This document shows, piece by piece, positions 9,238 through 19,168 of a stretch of DNA of 64,000 nt. The DNA is from a virus. The DNA lies in UHGV virus genome UHGV-0171999; one strand, written 5' to 3'. Each line of letters starts with the position of its first letter. Position 1 is the stretch's first letter. The position numbers were made by a program, and so were the translations under genes. The notes beneath the pieces are model-generated. The model saw nothing but the letters and a program-made list of their open reading frames with translations. It did not search any database and was not told the DNA's origin.

Positions 9238-9722
9238 TTTTAAAAACTCGCTGGTATGATTTAGATGATGGGGATGATGGCATTCCAGTTGATAGAGTTG
9301 ACTGGAATGGCTGTTCCGAAGATATGAAAAATTTGTTGATTAGGGAGTTTAGAATGGGATATCAACCAGTTAAGCCATCTACTATAACAGATGATAAATT
9401 CGTGTGTATTCAAAATGGCCGCGCTAAGTTAACGAATGCTGATTGGTTTACAAATAAGATTATGATTCTGTGGTATATCATTAGTCTTCCTGTGACATCA
9501 TTTGTATTTTGCTTCTTTGGAGAAAGTCCAGTAGGCAGAATGGGAGATTGGATTCTTTTAATCATACTTGTTAATATTTTGACAGCAGCAATACTATCAG
9601 GAATATGGTGTGTGTTCATCGAAATGCCATGGCGGTTACGTAAGCAGCAAAAGATTTTTGATGAAAAGAAATATACTCAAAATTTAAATAACTTTATCAC
9701 TGAATGCAGGAAATTAAAATGA
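9234..9722 (+). CDS. small membrane protein, paralog family
   Basis: 162 aa; hydrophobic segments; C-terminal NNFITECRKLK. Confidence 0.55.
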   Translation: MILKTRWYDLDDGDDGIPVDRVDWNGCSEDMKNLLIREFRMGYQPVKPSTITDDKFVCIQNGRAKLTNADWFTNKIMILWYIISLPVTSFVFCFFGESPVGRMGDWILLIILVNILTAAILSGIWCVFIEMPWRLRKQQKIFDEKKYTQNLNNFITECRKLK

Positions 9723-10159
9723 AAACACTATCAGCTGGTATTATCTTTATGACAGAAGATAAAGATTTATTTATGGGACGAGTTACTGGTTCTCGTAAAC
9801 ATGGAATGATGGCACATCGCTGGGATATTCCAAAGGGCCGCGTAGAAAATTCTGATTTAAACGCGCTAGATGCAGCACGAAGAGAATGCTTAGAAGAGAC
9901 CGGTTTTAGCAATTATAATCCAGACCTTCTAGAAGACCTAGGTGTATTTAAATATTCTAGTAATAAAGACTTACAGTTATTTTATTATACGATTCCAGTA
10001 GAGCATGAGATGTTTAGAAATTGCCATTGCGAGTCTTATTTTGAAAATAAAGATGGAGTTATGATTCCAGAGATGGATGCTTTTGCTCTTATTCCTCGTA
10101 CTCAGTGGCAATATGTGATGGGTCCTTCACTTTACCGAATAATGAACAGCCTCTTTTAA
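9719..10159 (+). CDS. nudE: Nudix hydrolase NudE (e.1)
   Basis: MKTLSAGIIFMTEDKDLFMGRVTG... and Nudix box RRECLEETG match remembered T4 NudE. Confidence 0.85.
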   Translation: MKTLSAGIIFMTEDKDLFMGRVTGSRKHGMMAHRWDIPKGRVENSDLNALDAARRECLEETGFSNYNPDLLEDLGVFKYSSNKDLQLFYYTIPVEHEMFRNCHCESYFENKDGVMIPEMDAFALIPRTQWQYVMGPSLYRIMNSLF

Positions 10160-10962
<803 letters not shown>

Positions 10963-10963
10963 T

Positions 10964-10993
10964 GTTTACTTCCTCCAAGGACTTTGATACTAT
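10964..10993 (+). promoter_or_regulatory. T4 early promoter upstream of denV
   Basis: GTTTAC, 18-nt spacer, TACTAT. Confidence 0.6.
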
Positions 10994-11020
10994 ACATTCA
11001 TCAACTACTTGGAGGAAATT

Positions 11021-11434
11021 ATGACTCGTATCAATTTAACACTTGTTTCTGAATTGACCGACCAACATCTTATGGCTGAGTATCGTGAATTACCACGCGT
11101 ATTTGGTGTAGTTCGTAAACATGTTCAAAACGGTAAACGTGTAAAGGATTTTAAAATCTCTCCAACATTTATCTTAGGCACAGGTCACGTAACATTCTTT
11201 TACGACAAACTCGAATTTTTACGTTTACGTCAAATCGAGCTAATCACTGAATGCTTGAAACGTGGTTTCAAAATCAAGGACACGACTGTCCAGGATATTT
11301 CCGACATCCCTGCCGAATTTCGTAATAATTATGTCCCGTCCGAAGCGTCCATTGCGATAAGTCAAGCACGCTTAGATGAAAAAATTGCTCAACGTCCTAC
11401 TTGGTACAAATACTATGGTAAATCAATCTACTAA
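11021..11434 (+). CDS. denV: endonuclease V (pyrimidine dimer DNA glycosylase)
   Basis: [29 protein letters not shown]... matches remembered T4 endo V; 137 aa. Confidence 0.95.
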   Translation: MTRINLTLVSELTDQHLMAEYRELPRVFGVVRKHVQNGKRVKDFKISPTFILGTGHVTFFYDKLEFLRLRQIELITECLKRGFKIKDTTVQDISDIPAEFRNNYVPSEASIAISQARLDEKIAQRPTWYKYYGKSIY

Positions 11435-11440
11435 GGAAAA

Positions 11441-11701
11441 ATGAAAATGTATCAAGAATTTATCATTGAAGCAGATGCCAAAGGTCCTAAATTTAAAGTT
11501 AAAGCTTTCATTGGTGATGCGGAAGACTTTGGCTCATTAAAACGTAATGGGTATTTTTTCTTAGGTGGCGATGGTAAAGAAATCAACACCTATGCAAAAC
11601 GTAGTGAAATTGCTTATGTTGTAGCAAGCCCTAAAGTAGATGTTGACGATATTGGATATGATTTTAACAACTTCGGAATTATTTCTGGCGGTAAAGCTTA
11701 A
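11441..11701 (+). CDS. ipII: internal protein II-like
   Basis: MKMYQEFIIEADAKG leader; size and position after denV. Confidence 0.6.
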   Translation: MKMYQEFIIEADAKGPKFKVKAFIGDAEDFGSLKRNGYFFLGGDGKEINTYAKRSEIAYVVASPKVDVDDIGYDFNNFGIISGGKA

Positions 11702-11704
11702 ATT

Positions 11705-11734
11705 GTTTACGCTTAAGTATTAATATGGTATAAT
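11705..11734 (+). promoter_or_regulatory. T4 early promoter
   Basis: GTTTAC, 18-nt spacer, TGGTATAAT. Confidence 0.65.
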
Positions 11735-11764
11735 TACTCTATCAAAACAAACAAGGAAACAAAA

Positions 11765-12343
11765 ATGAAAACGTATAAAGAATTTATCGCCGAGGCCTTT
11801 GCAGGAAAAGCTCAAGGTATTAATAAGGACGAGTGGACTTATCGTGGTGGAAACGGCTTTGACCCTAAAACTGCTCCACTTGAACGATATCTAGCCACAA
11901 AAGCTTCTGATTTTAAAGCCTTCGCTTGGGAAGGACTTCGCTGGCGTAACGATCTAAATATTGAAGTTGACGGACTTAAATTTGCTCATATTGAAGATGT
12001 TGTTGCTAGTAACTTAGACGCAGCTTTTGTTAAAGCCGACAGTGACCTTCGTCGCTGGAATTTAAAACTGTTCTCTAAACAAAAAGGCCCGAAGTTTGTG
12101 CCTAAAGCAGGTAAATGGGTTATTGATAATAAATTAGCTAAGGCTGTCAACTACGCCGGTCTTGAATTTGCCAAGCATAAATCATCATGGAAAGGTCTTG
12201 ATGCAATGGCTTTCCGTAAAGAATTTGCCGATGTTATGGCTAAAGGCGGCTTTAAGGCAGAAATAGATACCTCTAAAGGTACGTTTAAAGACGCTAATGT
12301 TCAGTACGCTTACGCCGTTGCTAATGCGGCCCGTGGTAATTAA
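11765..12343 (+). CDS. ipIII: internal protein III-like
   Basis: MKTYKEFIAEAFAGK leader; 192 aa close to T4 IPIII size. Confidence 0.65.
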   Translation: MKTYKEFIAEAFAGKAQGINKDEWTYRGGNGFDPKTAPLERYLATKASDFKAFAWEGLRWRNDLNIEVDGLKFAHIEDVVASNLDAAFVKADSDLRRWNLKLFSKQKGPKFVPKAGKWVIDNKLAKAVNYAGLEFAKHKSSWKGLDAMAFRKEFADVMAKGGFKAEIDTSKGTFKDANVQYAYAVANAARGN

Positions 12344-12523
12344 TAAGGCCTATACTTAGGCCTATTTACATTCAAATAACATGGGAACAAGCTGGACTTC
12401 ATGATTCTGTGAGGGATTCCCGCCAACCTATAATAAGGTCGAGCCCAAGTGCGGTAATGGGTAAATACAGAAATGGACAATTCATGCGCCATGGAATGGC
12501 CCAAATTTAGAGAGAATAAAATG

Positions 12524-13060
12524 AGAACATTTTTAACTGGTCCTTATCTATCCCTGATGAATGCTTTTACACACCATTCTGATGCTAGAGTAGAAGAAAT
12601 TTGTAAAAACGATTATATCCCACCATTTGAAGACTTACTTAAGCAGTATTGCACACTTCGACTAGATGGTGGACGTCAATCTGGTAAATCAACTGCAGTA
12701 ACTAATTTTGCCGCTAATTGGTTGTATGACGGTGGAACAGTTATTGTTCTTTCTAATACTTCAGCTTACGCTAAAATTTCTGCGGGCCACATTAAAAAAG
12801 AATTTTCTCGTTATTCTAGCGATGATATTCGATTCCGTTTATTTACTGATTCTGTCCGTAGTTTTGTTGGTAATAGAGGTAGCAAGTTCAGAGGTTTATC
12901 GCTTTCTCGAATTTTGTATATAATCGATGAGCCTGTTAAAGCTCCTGATATGGATAAAATTTACGATATTCATATTGAAACTGTGCAACACTGTTGCAAT
13001 AGTAAATGCTGCATTGGTGGTATTACTCGTCCACAGTTTTTCGTAATTGGGATGCAATGA
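12524..13060 (+). CDS. hypothetical P-loop NTPase-like protein
   Basis: Walker A-like GGRQSGKST and hhhhDE (LYIIDEP); start uncertain (ORF opens at 12473). Confidence 0.5.
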   Translation, partial: RTFLTGPYLSLMNAFTHHSDARVEEICKNDYIPPFEDLLKQYCTLRLDGGRQSGKSTAVTNFAANWLYDGGTVIVLSNTSAYAKISAGHIKKEFSRYSSDDIRFRLFTDSVRSFVGNRGSKFRGLSLSRILYIIDEPVKAPDMDKIYDIHIETVQHCCNSKCCIGGITRPQFFVIGMQ

Positions 13061-13386
13061 TGACAGATACGCAACTTTTCGAATATCTTTATTTTTCGCC
13101 AAAAACTATTAAAAATAAATTGGTGAATCATTTTGAAATTTTGGCAAATAACAACGTCTTGAGCGAATTTTATCCTAAGCAATACAAATTACAAAAAGGT
13201 GTATTCAAAGGATGCAGAGTGTTGTGCACCGCTCCTAATGCAAAGTTAATGAATAAAATTCCATATTTTACCATGGAATTTATTGATGGGCCTTTTAAAG
13301 GACTAATTACCCAAAGTTTAATGGCATATGATTCTGAGCCATTTTTAATTAAAGAACAATCTTGGATAAATTTATTTTCTAATTGA
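13057..13386 (+). CDS. hypothetical protein
   Basis: ATGATG overlapping preceding stop; 109 aa. Confidence 0.5.
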   Translation: MMTDTQLFEYLYFSPKTIKNKLVNHFEILANNNVLSEFYPKQYKLQKGVFKGCRVLCTAPNAKLMNKIPYFTMEFIDGPFKGLITQSLMAYDSEPFLIKEQSWINLFSN

Positions 13387-13394
13387 GAGGTTAT

Positions 13395-13757
13395 ATGAAA
13401 GCATATCAAATTCTTGAAGGCACGCATAAAGGTACTATTTATTTTGAAGACGGTATTCAAGCACGAATTATTGTATCTAAAACCTTTAAAGAGGACTCTT
13501 TTGTAGACCCAGAAATTTTCTACGGTTTGCATGCCCGTGAAATTGAAATTGAAACACAACCTACAGTTAAAATTGAGGGTGGTCAACACCTGAACGTTAA
13601 CGTTCTGCGTCGCGAAACTCTGGAAGATGCAGTTAAGCATCCGGAAAAATATCCGCAGCTGACCATCCGTGTATCCGGTTATGCAGTTCGCTTTAACTCT
13701 CTGACTCCGGAACAGCAGCGCGACGTTATTGCTCGTACCTTTACCGAGAGTTTGTAA
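13395..13757 (+). CDS. autonomous glycyl-radical cofactor protein (GrcA/YfiD-like)
   Basis: C-terminal glycyl-radical motif [15 protein letters not shown]; GAGAGG Shine-Dalgarno. Confidence 0.7.
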   Translation: MKAYQILEGTHKGTIYFEDGIQARIIVSKTFKEDSFVDPEIFYGLHAREIEIETQPTVKIEGGQHLNVNVLRRETLEDAVKHPEKYPQLTIRVSGYAVRFNSLTPEQQRDVIARTFTESL

Positions 13758-13978
13758 TGGCAAAGATAATTATTGAAGGTTCTGAAGATGTGTTAAATGC
13801 TTTCGCCGAATGGTTTAGTAATTCAGGCGAACAACAATTTAACGAAGCGTGGAACATGGGTGATATTAATGGAATTTATCCTACGACAGAAATTTCTGTT
13901 CAAGGATATGGCATTCATGAGCCTATTCGTTTAGTTGAATATGATTTGGGAACAGGTGAGGAAGTAAAATATGATTGA
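13757..13978 (+). CDS. hypothetical protein
   Basis: 73-aa ORF translationally coupled to neighbours. Confidence 0.5.
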   Translation: MAKIIIEGSEDVLNAFAEWFSNSGEQQFNEAWNMGDINGIYPTTEISVQGYGIHEPIRLVEYDLGTGEEVKYD

Positions 13979-14237
13979 AGATATTAAAGGCTATAAGCCA
14001 CATACTGACGATAAAATCAGTAAAGTGAATGCAATCAAAGACGCTGAAGTTCGTTTAGGACTTATCTTTGATGCTTTATATGATGAATTCTGGGAAGCGC
14101 TAGATAATTGTGAAGACTGTGAATTTGCGAAGAATTATGCTGAAAGTCTTGATCAGTTAACTATTGCTAAAACGAAACTCAAAGAAGCTAGTATGTGGGC
14201 TTGTCGCGCAGTGTTCCAACCAGAGGAAAAATATTAA
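13971..14237 (+). CDS. hypothetical protein, vs-region; candidate Acb2-like by position only
   Basis: 88-aa ORF, second ORF upstream of regB (position of T4 vs.4 by recall). Confidence 0.4.
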   Translation: MIEDIKGYKPHTDDKISKVNAIKDAEVRLGLIFDALYDEFWEALDNCEDCEFAKNYAESLDQLTIAKTKLKEASMWACRAVFQPEEKY

Positions 14238-14515
14238 TGGCTCAATTAAGCGCAGGGTTTGGTTATGAGTATTATACCGCCCCTCGTCGTGTATCTGTTG
14301 CTCCTAAGAAAATTCAAAGTCTTGATGACTTCCAGGAAGTAGTCCGTAAAGCTTTCCAGGACTATGCACGTTATCTTAAAGAAGATTCACAGGACTGTCT
14401 CGAAGAAGATGAAATTGCTTACTATGAGCAACGTCTTGAACAGCTCAAAAACCTACATGAGGTTCGTGCAGAAGTTACAAAGTCTATGAATAAATTGATT
14501 AGATTTAAAGAATAA
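14237..14515 (+). CDS. hypothetical protein, vs-region
   Basis: ATG overlapping preceding stop; 92 aa. Confidence 0.5.
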   Translation: MAQLSAGFGYEYYTAPRRVSVAPKKIQSLDDFQEVVRKAFQDYARYLKEDSQDCLEEDEIAYYEQRLEQLKNLHEVRAEVTKSMNKLIRFKE

Positions 14516-14519
14516 CTGT

Positions 14520-14549
14520 TTACTTTTCCTCTTGACTGTGGTATAATTT
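14520..14549 (+). promoter_or_regulatory. T4 early promoter upstream of regB
   Basis: GTTTAC, 18-nt spacer, TGGTATAAT. Confidence 0.65.
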
Positions 14550-14574
14550 TTCTATCAGTTAAGAGGAGAATAAC

Positions 14575-15036
14575 ATGACTATCAACACAGAAGTTTTTAT
14601 CCGTCGAAATAAGCTCCGTCGTCACTTTGAGTCGGAGTTTCGTCAAATTAACAATGAGATTCGTGAGGCATCAAAAGCAGCAGGGGTCTCATCGTTTCAT
14701 CTAAAATATTCTCAACATCTTCTTGATCGTGCAATTCAACGGGAGATTGATGAGACATATGTTTTTGAATTATTCCATAAAATAAAAGACCATGTTTTAG
14801 AAGTTAATGAATTCCTGAGTATGCCTCCGCGTCCTGACATTGACGAGGATTTTATCGATGGGGTTGAATATCGTCCTGGGCGTTTAGAAATCACAGATGG
14901 AAATCTTTGGCTTGGATTTACAGTTTGTAAACCTAACGCGAAGTTCAAAGACCCGTCACTTCAATGTAGGATGGCCATTATCAACAGCCGTCGTTTACCA
15001 GGAAAGGCTTCTAAAGCAGTAATTAAAACTCAATGA
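14575..15036 (+). CDS. regB: endoribonuclease RegB
   Basis: MTINTEVFIRRNKLRRHFESEFRQ...; 153 aa as T4 RegB. Confidence 0.85.
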   Translation: MTINTEVFIRRNKLRRHFESEFRQINNEIREASKAAGVSSFHLKYSQHLLDRAIQREIDETYVFELFHKIKDHVLEVNEFLSMPPRPDIDEDFIDGVEYRPGRLEITDGNLWLGFTVCKPNAKFKDPSLQCRMAIINSRRLPGKASKAVIKTQ

Positions 15037-15043
15037 GGTAAGC

Positions 15044-15589
15044 ATGAGAAAAGCACTACTCGCTGGTCTATTGGCCATTTCAATGATGGCACATAGCTCC
15101 GAGCATACTTTCAGTAATGTCCAACTCGATAACATGCGTTACGCGTATCAATTCGGGGAACAATTTTCTAAGGATGGAAAATATAAAACACACAAAAATA
15201 TCCATAAAAGCGGATTAGGTCATATAATGGCTGCTATTTTATGGCAAGAAAGCTCTGCCGGAGTTAATTTAAAATCTAAACCGAAGCATCATGCCTACGG
15301 AATGTTCCAAAACTATTTGCCGACCATGCGTGCAAGAGTTAAGGAACTTGGTTATAATATGACCGATGCCGAAATAAAAAGAATGTTGAATAAACGGTCC
15401 AATTCAGCTTCCTGGGCGTACATTGAACTTTCTTATTGGTTAAATATACATAAGGGTGATATAAGAAAGGCAATATCCTCTTATAATTCGGGATGGAATG
15501 TTAAAGCAGGTTCTAAATATGCTTCTGAAGTCCTAGAAAAGGCTAACTACTTTAAAAATAATAAACTACTGGAAATAGTAAATGACTAA
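15044..15589 (+). CDS. secreted hypothetical protein (vs.1-like)
   Basis: 181 aa with N-terminal signal peptide MRKALLAGLLAISMMAHS. Confidence 0.6.
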   Translation: MRKALLAGLLAISMMAHSSEHTFSNVQLDNMRYAYQFGEQFSKDGKYKTHKNIHKSGLGHIMAAILWQESSAGVNLKSKPKHHAYGMFQNYLPTMRARVKELGYNMTDAEIKRMLNKRSNSASWAYIELSYWLNIHKGDIRKAISSYNSGWNVKAGSKYASEVLEKANYFKNNKLLEIVND

Positions 15590-15929
15590 AATTTTGGTTT
15601 TATGTATAGGATTAATTTCATTTTCTGCTTATGCGTCAGCAGATATATCATATTCTGAAGTTAGAGAGTATGTAAACCGTACTGCCGCGGATTATTGTGG
15701 GAAAAATAAAGCATGCCAAGCTGAATTTGCACAGAAATTAATATATGCATATAAAGACGGAGAAAGAGATAAATCAAGCAGATACAAAAACGATACATTA
15801 TTAAAACGATATGCTAAAAAGTGGAATACCTTAGAATGTTCAGTTGCGGAGGAGAAAGATAAAGCCGCTTGTCATTCAATGGTTGACCGTTTGGTAGATT
15901 CTTATAATCGAGGATTGAGTACTAGATGA
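15582..15929 (+). CDS. vs: valyl-tRNA synthetase modifier-like protein
   Basis: 115 aa with signal-like N-terminus; size and position between regB and tk as T4 vs. Confidence 0.55.
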   Translation: MTKILVLCIGLISFSAYASADISYSEVREYVNRTAADYCGKNKACQAEFAQKLIYAYKDGERDKSSRYKNDTLLKRYAKKWNTLECSVAEEKDKAACHSMVDRLVDSYNRGLSTR

Positions 15930-16405
15930 TTGTAAAATATATCAAGGGCGATATTGTCGCCCTATTTCTTCAAGGTAATATTATTGCGCACGGGTGCAAT
16001 TGCTTCCACACAATGGGCTCTGGTGTAGCTGGTCAATTAGCAAGAGCCTATCCCAAAATTTTAGAAATAGATAAGACCACAACTGAATATGGTTCGCGTG
16101 AAAAACTCGGTGATATGTCTATTGTTTTTAGACATAAACCTAATGGTTTTGGTATATGCTATAACCTGTATACACAATACGAACCAGGTCCTAATCTTGA
16201 TTATGGTGCTTTAGTAAACTGCATGATAGAATTAAATCTACAGGCAGAAACCCTTTTGTTTAAACCAGTAATTTACATTCCACGCATAGGTTGTGGTATT
16301 GCTGGCGGTGATTGGGATAAGGTTTCTAAATTAATCGACATGTTTACTCCTGATATTGATTTAATAGTGGTGGATTATGAAAGTACATTACCCACATCCG
16401 TTTGA
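15926..16405 (+). CDS. macro domain protein (ADP-ribose binding/hydrolase fold)
   Basis: Motifs IIAHGCNCFHTMGSGVAGQL and IYIPRIGCGIAGGD resemble macro-domain signatures. Confidence 0.55.
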   Translation: MIVKYIKGDIVALFLQGNIIAHGCNCFHTMGSGVAGQLARAYPKILEIDKTTTEYGSREKLGDMSIVFRHKPNGFGICYNLYTQYEPGPNLDYGALVNCMIELNLQAETLLFKPVIYIPRIGCGIAGGDWDKVSKLIDMFTPDIDLIVVDYESTLPTSV

Positions 16406-16589
16406 TCCTAAAAACAAAGCAGAAATTATTCGTCAATGGGAACGCATTTGCCGTACTAAATGCCCAATTAATAGTCCTCATGATGTAGATAAAGACTATA
16501 TTGGAACATTCGTTGAATATACCTTCATTGATAGGAAAGGTCGTAAACAACATGTAGAAGAATATTGCTTAAAGGTTACATGGTTATGA
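16377..16589 (+). CDS. hypothetical protein
   Basis: 70-aa ORF overlapping the 3' end of the macro-domain gene; GGTGG Shine-Dalgarno. Confidence 0.4.
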   Translation: MKVHYPHPFDPKNKAEIIRQWERICRTKCPINSPHDVDKDYIGTFVEYTFIDRKGRKQHVEEYCLKVTWL

Positions 16590-16792
16590 GCCAAACTAGT
16601 ATTCTTAAAAATGCCCATTGTGAAAAGTGTAAATGGCCTGTTGTTTTTGCTTTATGTAATGATGAAATGGCCTGTGATTTCGACTATTGGTGCTATTGTT
16701 CTAATAAAGGATGCATCAATCATAAAGGTGAAGGATTTTATTCAGGATTTTATCCTTATCCTGATTTCGTTAAAGAAGGTAAACCAAAATGA
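16586..16792 (+). CDS. small Cys-rich protein
   Basis: ATGA overlap start; CEKCKW...CNDEMACDFDYWCYCSNKGC. Confidence 0.5.
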   Translation: MSQTSILKNAHCEKCKWPVVFALCNDEMACDFDYWCYCSNKGCINHKGEGFYSGFYPYPDFVKEGKPK

Positions 16793-16962
16793 ATAATTTT
16801 GAGTTACAATATGAAGTGTTACGTGAGCTTGATAATTTAATTGAACTCGCTGTTAATAAAGGTTTTGCCATTGGAATCGGTCAAAAAGATACTGACCATT
16901 TAACTACGGAAATATTTAAGCAAAAGCGAATTATTTTAAAACTCCTGGAAATTAATATATGA
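16789..16962 (+). CDS. small hypothetical protein
   Basis: 57-aa ORF (below the 60-aa track threshold) coupled by ATGA overlaps on both sides. Confidence 0.4.
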   Translation: MNNFELQYEVLRELDNLIELAVNKGFAIGIGQKDTDHLTTEIFKQKRIILKLLEINI

Positions 16963-17144
16963 GTCTAAGTAAAGAACAAAAAGATAAATTGTTTGAGCTT
17001 ATCCATGAACTTCTAGATGAGCATGCAGAAGCAAACACCTTTTATGATGAATACGGCCCGCTATCTCCCGAACAACAAGAAGAATTTGCTGACCGGTTTG
17101 ATAAGAAAGAAAACGAATTAATAGCTTATGTGAATACGCTTTAA
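16959..17144 (+). CDS. small acidic hypothetical protein
   Basis: 61-aa ORF just upstream of tk. Confidence 0.5.
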   Translation: MSLSKEQKDKLFELIHELLDEHAEANTFYDEYGPLSPEQQEEFADRFDKKENELIAYVNTL

Positions 17145-17153
17145 GAAGGTGAT

Positions 17154-17735
17154 ATGGCGAGTTTAATTTTTACTTATGCAGCAATGAATGCTGGAAAATC
17201 TGCTTCTCTTTTGACTGCCGCACATAATTATAAAGAACGTGGGATGAGTGTATTAGTTCTTAAGCCTGCTATTGATACTCGCGATTCTGTCTGTGAAGTC
17301 GTTTCTCGCATTGGAATTAAGCAGGAAGCGAATATTATTACGGATGATATGGATATTTTTGAGTTCTATAAATGGGCTGAAGCACAAAAAGATATTCATT
17401 GCGTATTTGTAGATGAAGCTCAATTTTTAAAAACTGAACAGGTGCATCAATTAAGCCGAATTGTTGATACATATAATGTTCCTGTTATGGCTTATGGTCT
17501 AAGGACTGATTTCGCTGGAAAATTATTTGAAGGTTCTAAAGAACTTTTGGCGATTGCAGATAAACTTATTGAACTGAAGGCAGTTTGTCATTGCGGCAAA
17601 AAAGCGATTATGACAGCTCGATTAATGGAAGATGGAACACCAGTTAAAGAAGGTAATCAAATCTGTATTGGTGATGAAATTTATGTTTCTTTGTGTAGAA
17701 AACATTGGAACGAATTAACTAAAAAGCTCGGTTAG
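17154..17735 (+). CDS. tk: thymidine kinase
   Basis: P-loop YAAMNAGKS, C-terminal Cys motifs; 193 aa as T4 Tk. Confidence 0.9.
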   Translation: MASLIFTYAAMNAGKSASLLTAAHNYKERGMSVLVLKPAIDTRDSVCEVVSRIGIKQEANIITDDMDIFEFYKWAEAQKDIHCVFVDEAQFLKTEQVHQLSRIVDTYNVPVMAYGLRTDFAGKLFEGSKELLAIADKLIELKAVCHCGKKAIMTARLMEDGTPVKEGNQICIGDEIYVSLCRKHWNELTKKLG

Positions 17736-17744
17736 TGCAAAAGT

Positions 17745-17752
17745 TATAAATA
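17745..17752 (+). promoter_or_regulatory. T4 late promoter TATAAATA
   Basis: Exact TATAAATA about 25 nt before ORF 17778. Confidence 0.5.
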
Positions 17753-17777
17753 GGTTTATCTAACTAAAGGGGTATAT

Positions 17778-17990
17778 ATGCTACAATTAACTGAAAAGCA
17801 ACTTCGCAATCTTACTGTTCTTCAATTAGATGAAATTCGTAGGGAAGTTGGAAATATCATTTCAGCTTTGCGTCGAGAAGTATCACTCAACCAATCTCCA
17901 GCAGACTATACTAGATTGCGAAATTTTGAAAAATACCTTGATAAAGTTAAGGCCGTGCACCGGCACAAAGTAAATACAGGACAAAAATGA
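17778..17990 (+). CDS. hypothetical protein
   Basis: 70-aa ORF with AAAGGGG Shine-Dalgarno. Confidence 0.55.
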
Positions 17991-18002
17991 TAGGAGGCCT
18001 TT

Positions 18003-18296
18003 ATGGCCTTAAAAGCAGCGGCACTATTCGCCATGCTAGGATTAGCGTTTGTTTTATCTCCACCGATTGAAGCGAACGTCGATCCTCATTTTGATAAATT
18101 TATGGAATCTGGTATTAGACATGTTTATATGCTTTTTGAAAATAAAAGCGTAGAATCATCTGAACAGTTCTATAGTTTTATGCGAACGACTTATAAAAAT
18201 GACCCGTGCTCTTCCGATTTTGAATGTATAGAGCGAGGCGCGGAGATGGCACAATCATACGCTAGAATTATGAACATTAAATTGGAGACTGAATGA
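18003..18296 (+). CDS. rI: lysis inhibition regulator rI
   Basis: MALKAAALFAMLGLAFVLSPPIEANVDPHFDKFMESGIRHVYMLFENKS... near-identical to remembered T4 RI. Confidence 0.9.
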   Translation: MALKAAALFAMLGLAFVLSPPIEANVDPHFDKFMESGIRHVYMLFENKSVESSEQFYSFMRTTYKNDPCSSDFECIERGAEMAQSYARIMNIKLETE

Positions 18297-18679
18297 AATT
18301 CAGCGACTTTTCACAAAGTGGAAAACCTTCAAAGGCAGATGAATACTTAGGTTTATTAATGGCTGCACAAGCTTATTTTCATTCTGCGCATTTTGAAACT
18401 AAAAGTTATGCTAGACACAAAGCATACGATTTTATTTTCTCTGAGTTGCCAGATTTGATTGATAAATTTGGTGAGCAATATTTGGGGTATTCTGGTAGAA
18501 AATACACACCTTCAATTCCAGATGCCAGTAAACTTCCTACCGACACAATTAAAATGATTGATCGTATACTAGACCAATCTAACAGCATTTATAAAGAAAT
18601 GCCTCCAGCCATTCAAAGCACGATAGATGATATTACTGGAATGTTTTACCAGAGTAAGTATCTTCTTTCCCTCGAATAA
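18293..18679 (+). CDS. hypothetical protein (rI.1-like)
   Basis: 128-aa ORF coupled to rI. Confidence 0.6.
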   Translation: MKFSDFSQSGKPSKADEYLGLLMAAQAYFHSAHFETKSYARHKAYDFIFSELPDLIDKFGEQYLGYSGRKYTPSIPDASKLPTDTIKMIDRILDQSNSIYKEMPPAIQSTIDDITGMFYQSKYLLSLE

Positions 18680-18683
18680 CATT

Positions 18684-18706
18684 AGTCTCCTTCGGGAGAC
18701 TTTTTT
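18684..18706 (+). terminator. intrinsic terminator, UUCG-tetraloop hairpin plus T-run
   Basis: AGTCTCCTTCGGGAGACTTTTTT. Confidence 0.7.
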
Positions 18707-18716
18707 CATTTTACCG

Positions 18717-18746
18717 GTTTACTTTCCATTTGAGCTGTGATACTAT
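18717..18746 (+). promoter_or_regulatory. T4 early promoter
   Basis: GTTTAC, 18-nt spacer, TACTAT. Confidence 0.6.
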
Positions 18747-18774
18747 ACAACCATCGGATAAAGAGGAGAACATC

Positions 18775-18963
18775 ATGAAAATTGAAGCACTTAATCAAGA
18801 AGGAAATATCTACGTCATCATTAATGGTGATTTTTTCGTCGACATGGATGAAGTTACTAGTGAAGAACTTGTAGAACTTCTTAAGAAACGTTATGATATG
18901 TGTGATGAAGCTGCAACTCACATGGCGTGTGCAATATTCTCTCTTTCATATGTGGTGGAATAA
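18775..18963 (+). CDS. hypothetical protein
   Basis: ATG after AAGAGGAG Shine-Dalgarno; 62 aa. Confidence 0.55.
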   Translation: MKIEALNQEGNIYVIINGDFFVDMDEVTSEELVELLKKRYDMCDEAATHMACAIFSLSYVVE

Positions 18964-19166
18964 TGATTAGTATCGAACAAGCAGATAAAATTAAAGAATT
19001 GGTAGCTTTAATTCGCAAAGCAGATGAGGAACTTAGTGACTTTGCTTGGTTTTCGGCAGGCATTGCAAATAAAGGCGCTGAAGAACTTGAAGCTAAAGTT
19101 GATAATGCTGTAGAAGCTTTAGATATGTTTCTTGATGAAATTATCGATCATAATACGAGAGTTTAA
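18963..19166 (+). CDS. hypothetical protein
   Basis: ATGA-coupled; 67 aa. Confidence 0.5.
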   Translation: MISIEQADKIKELVALIRKADEELSDFAWFSAGIANKGAEELEAKVDNAVEALDMFLDEIIDHNTRV

Positions 19167-19168
19167 GT

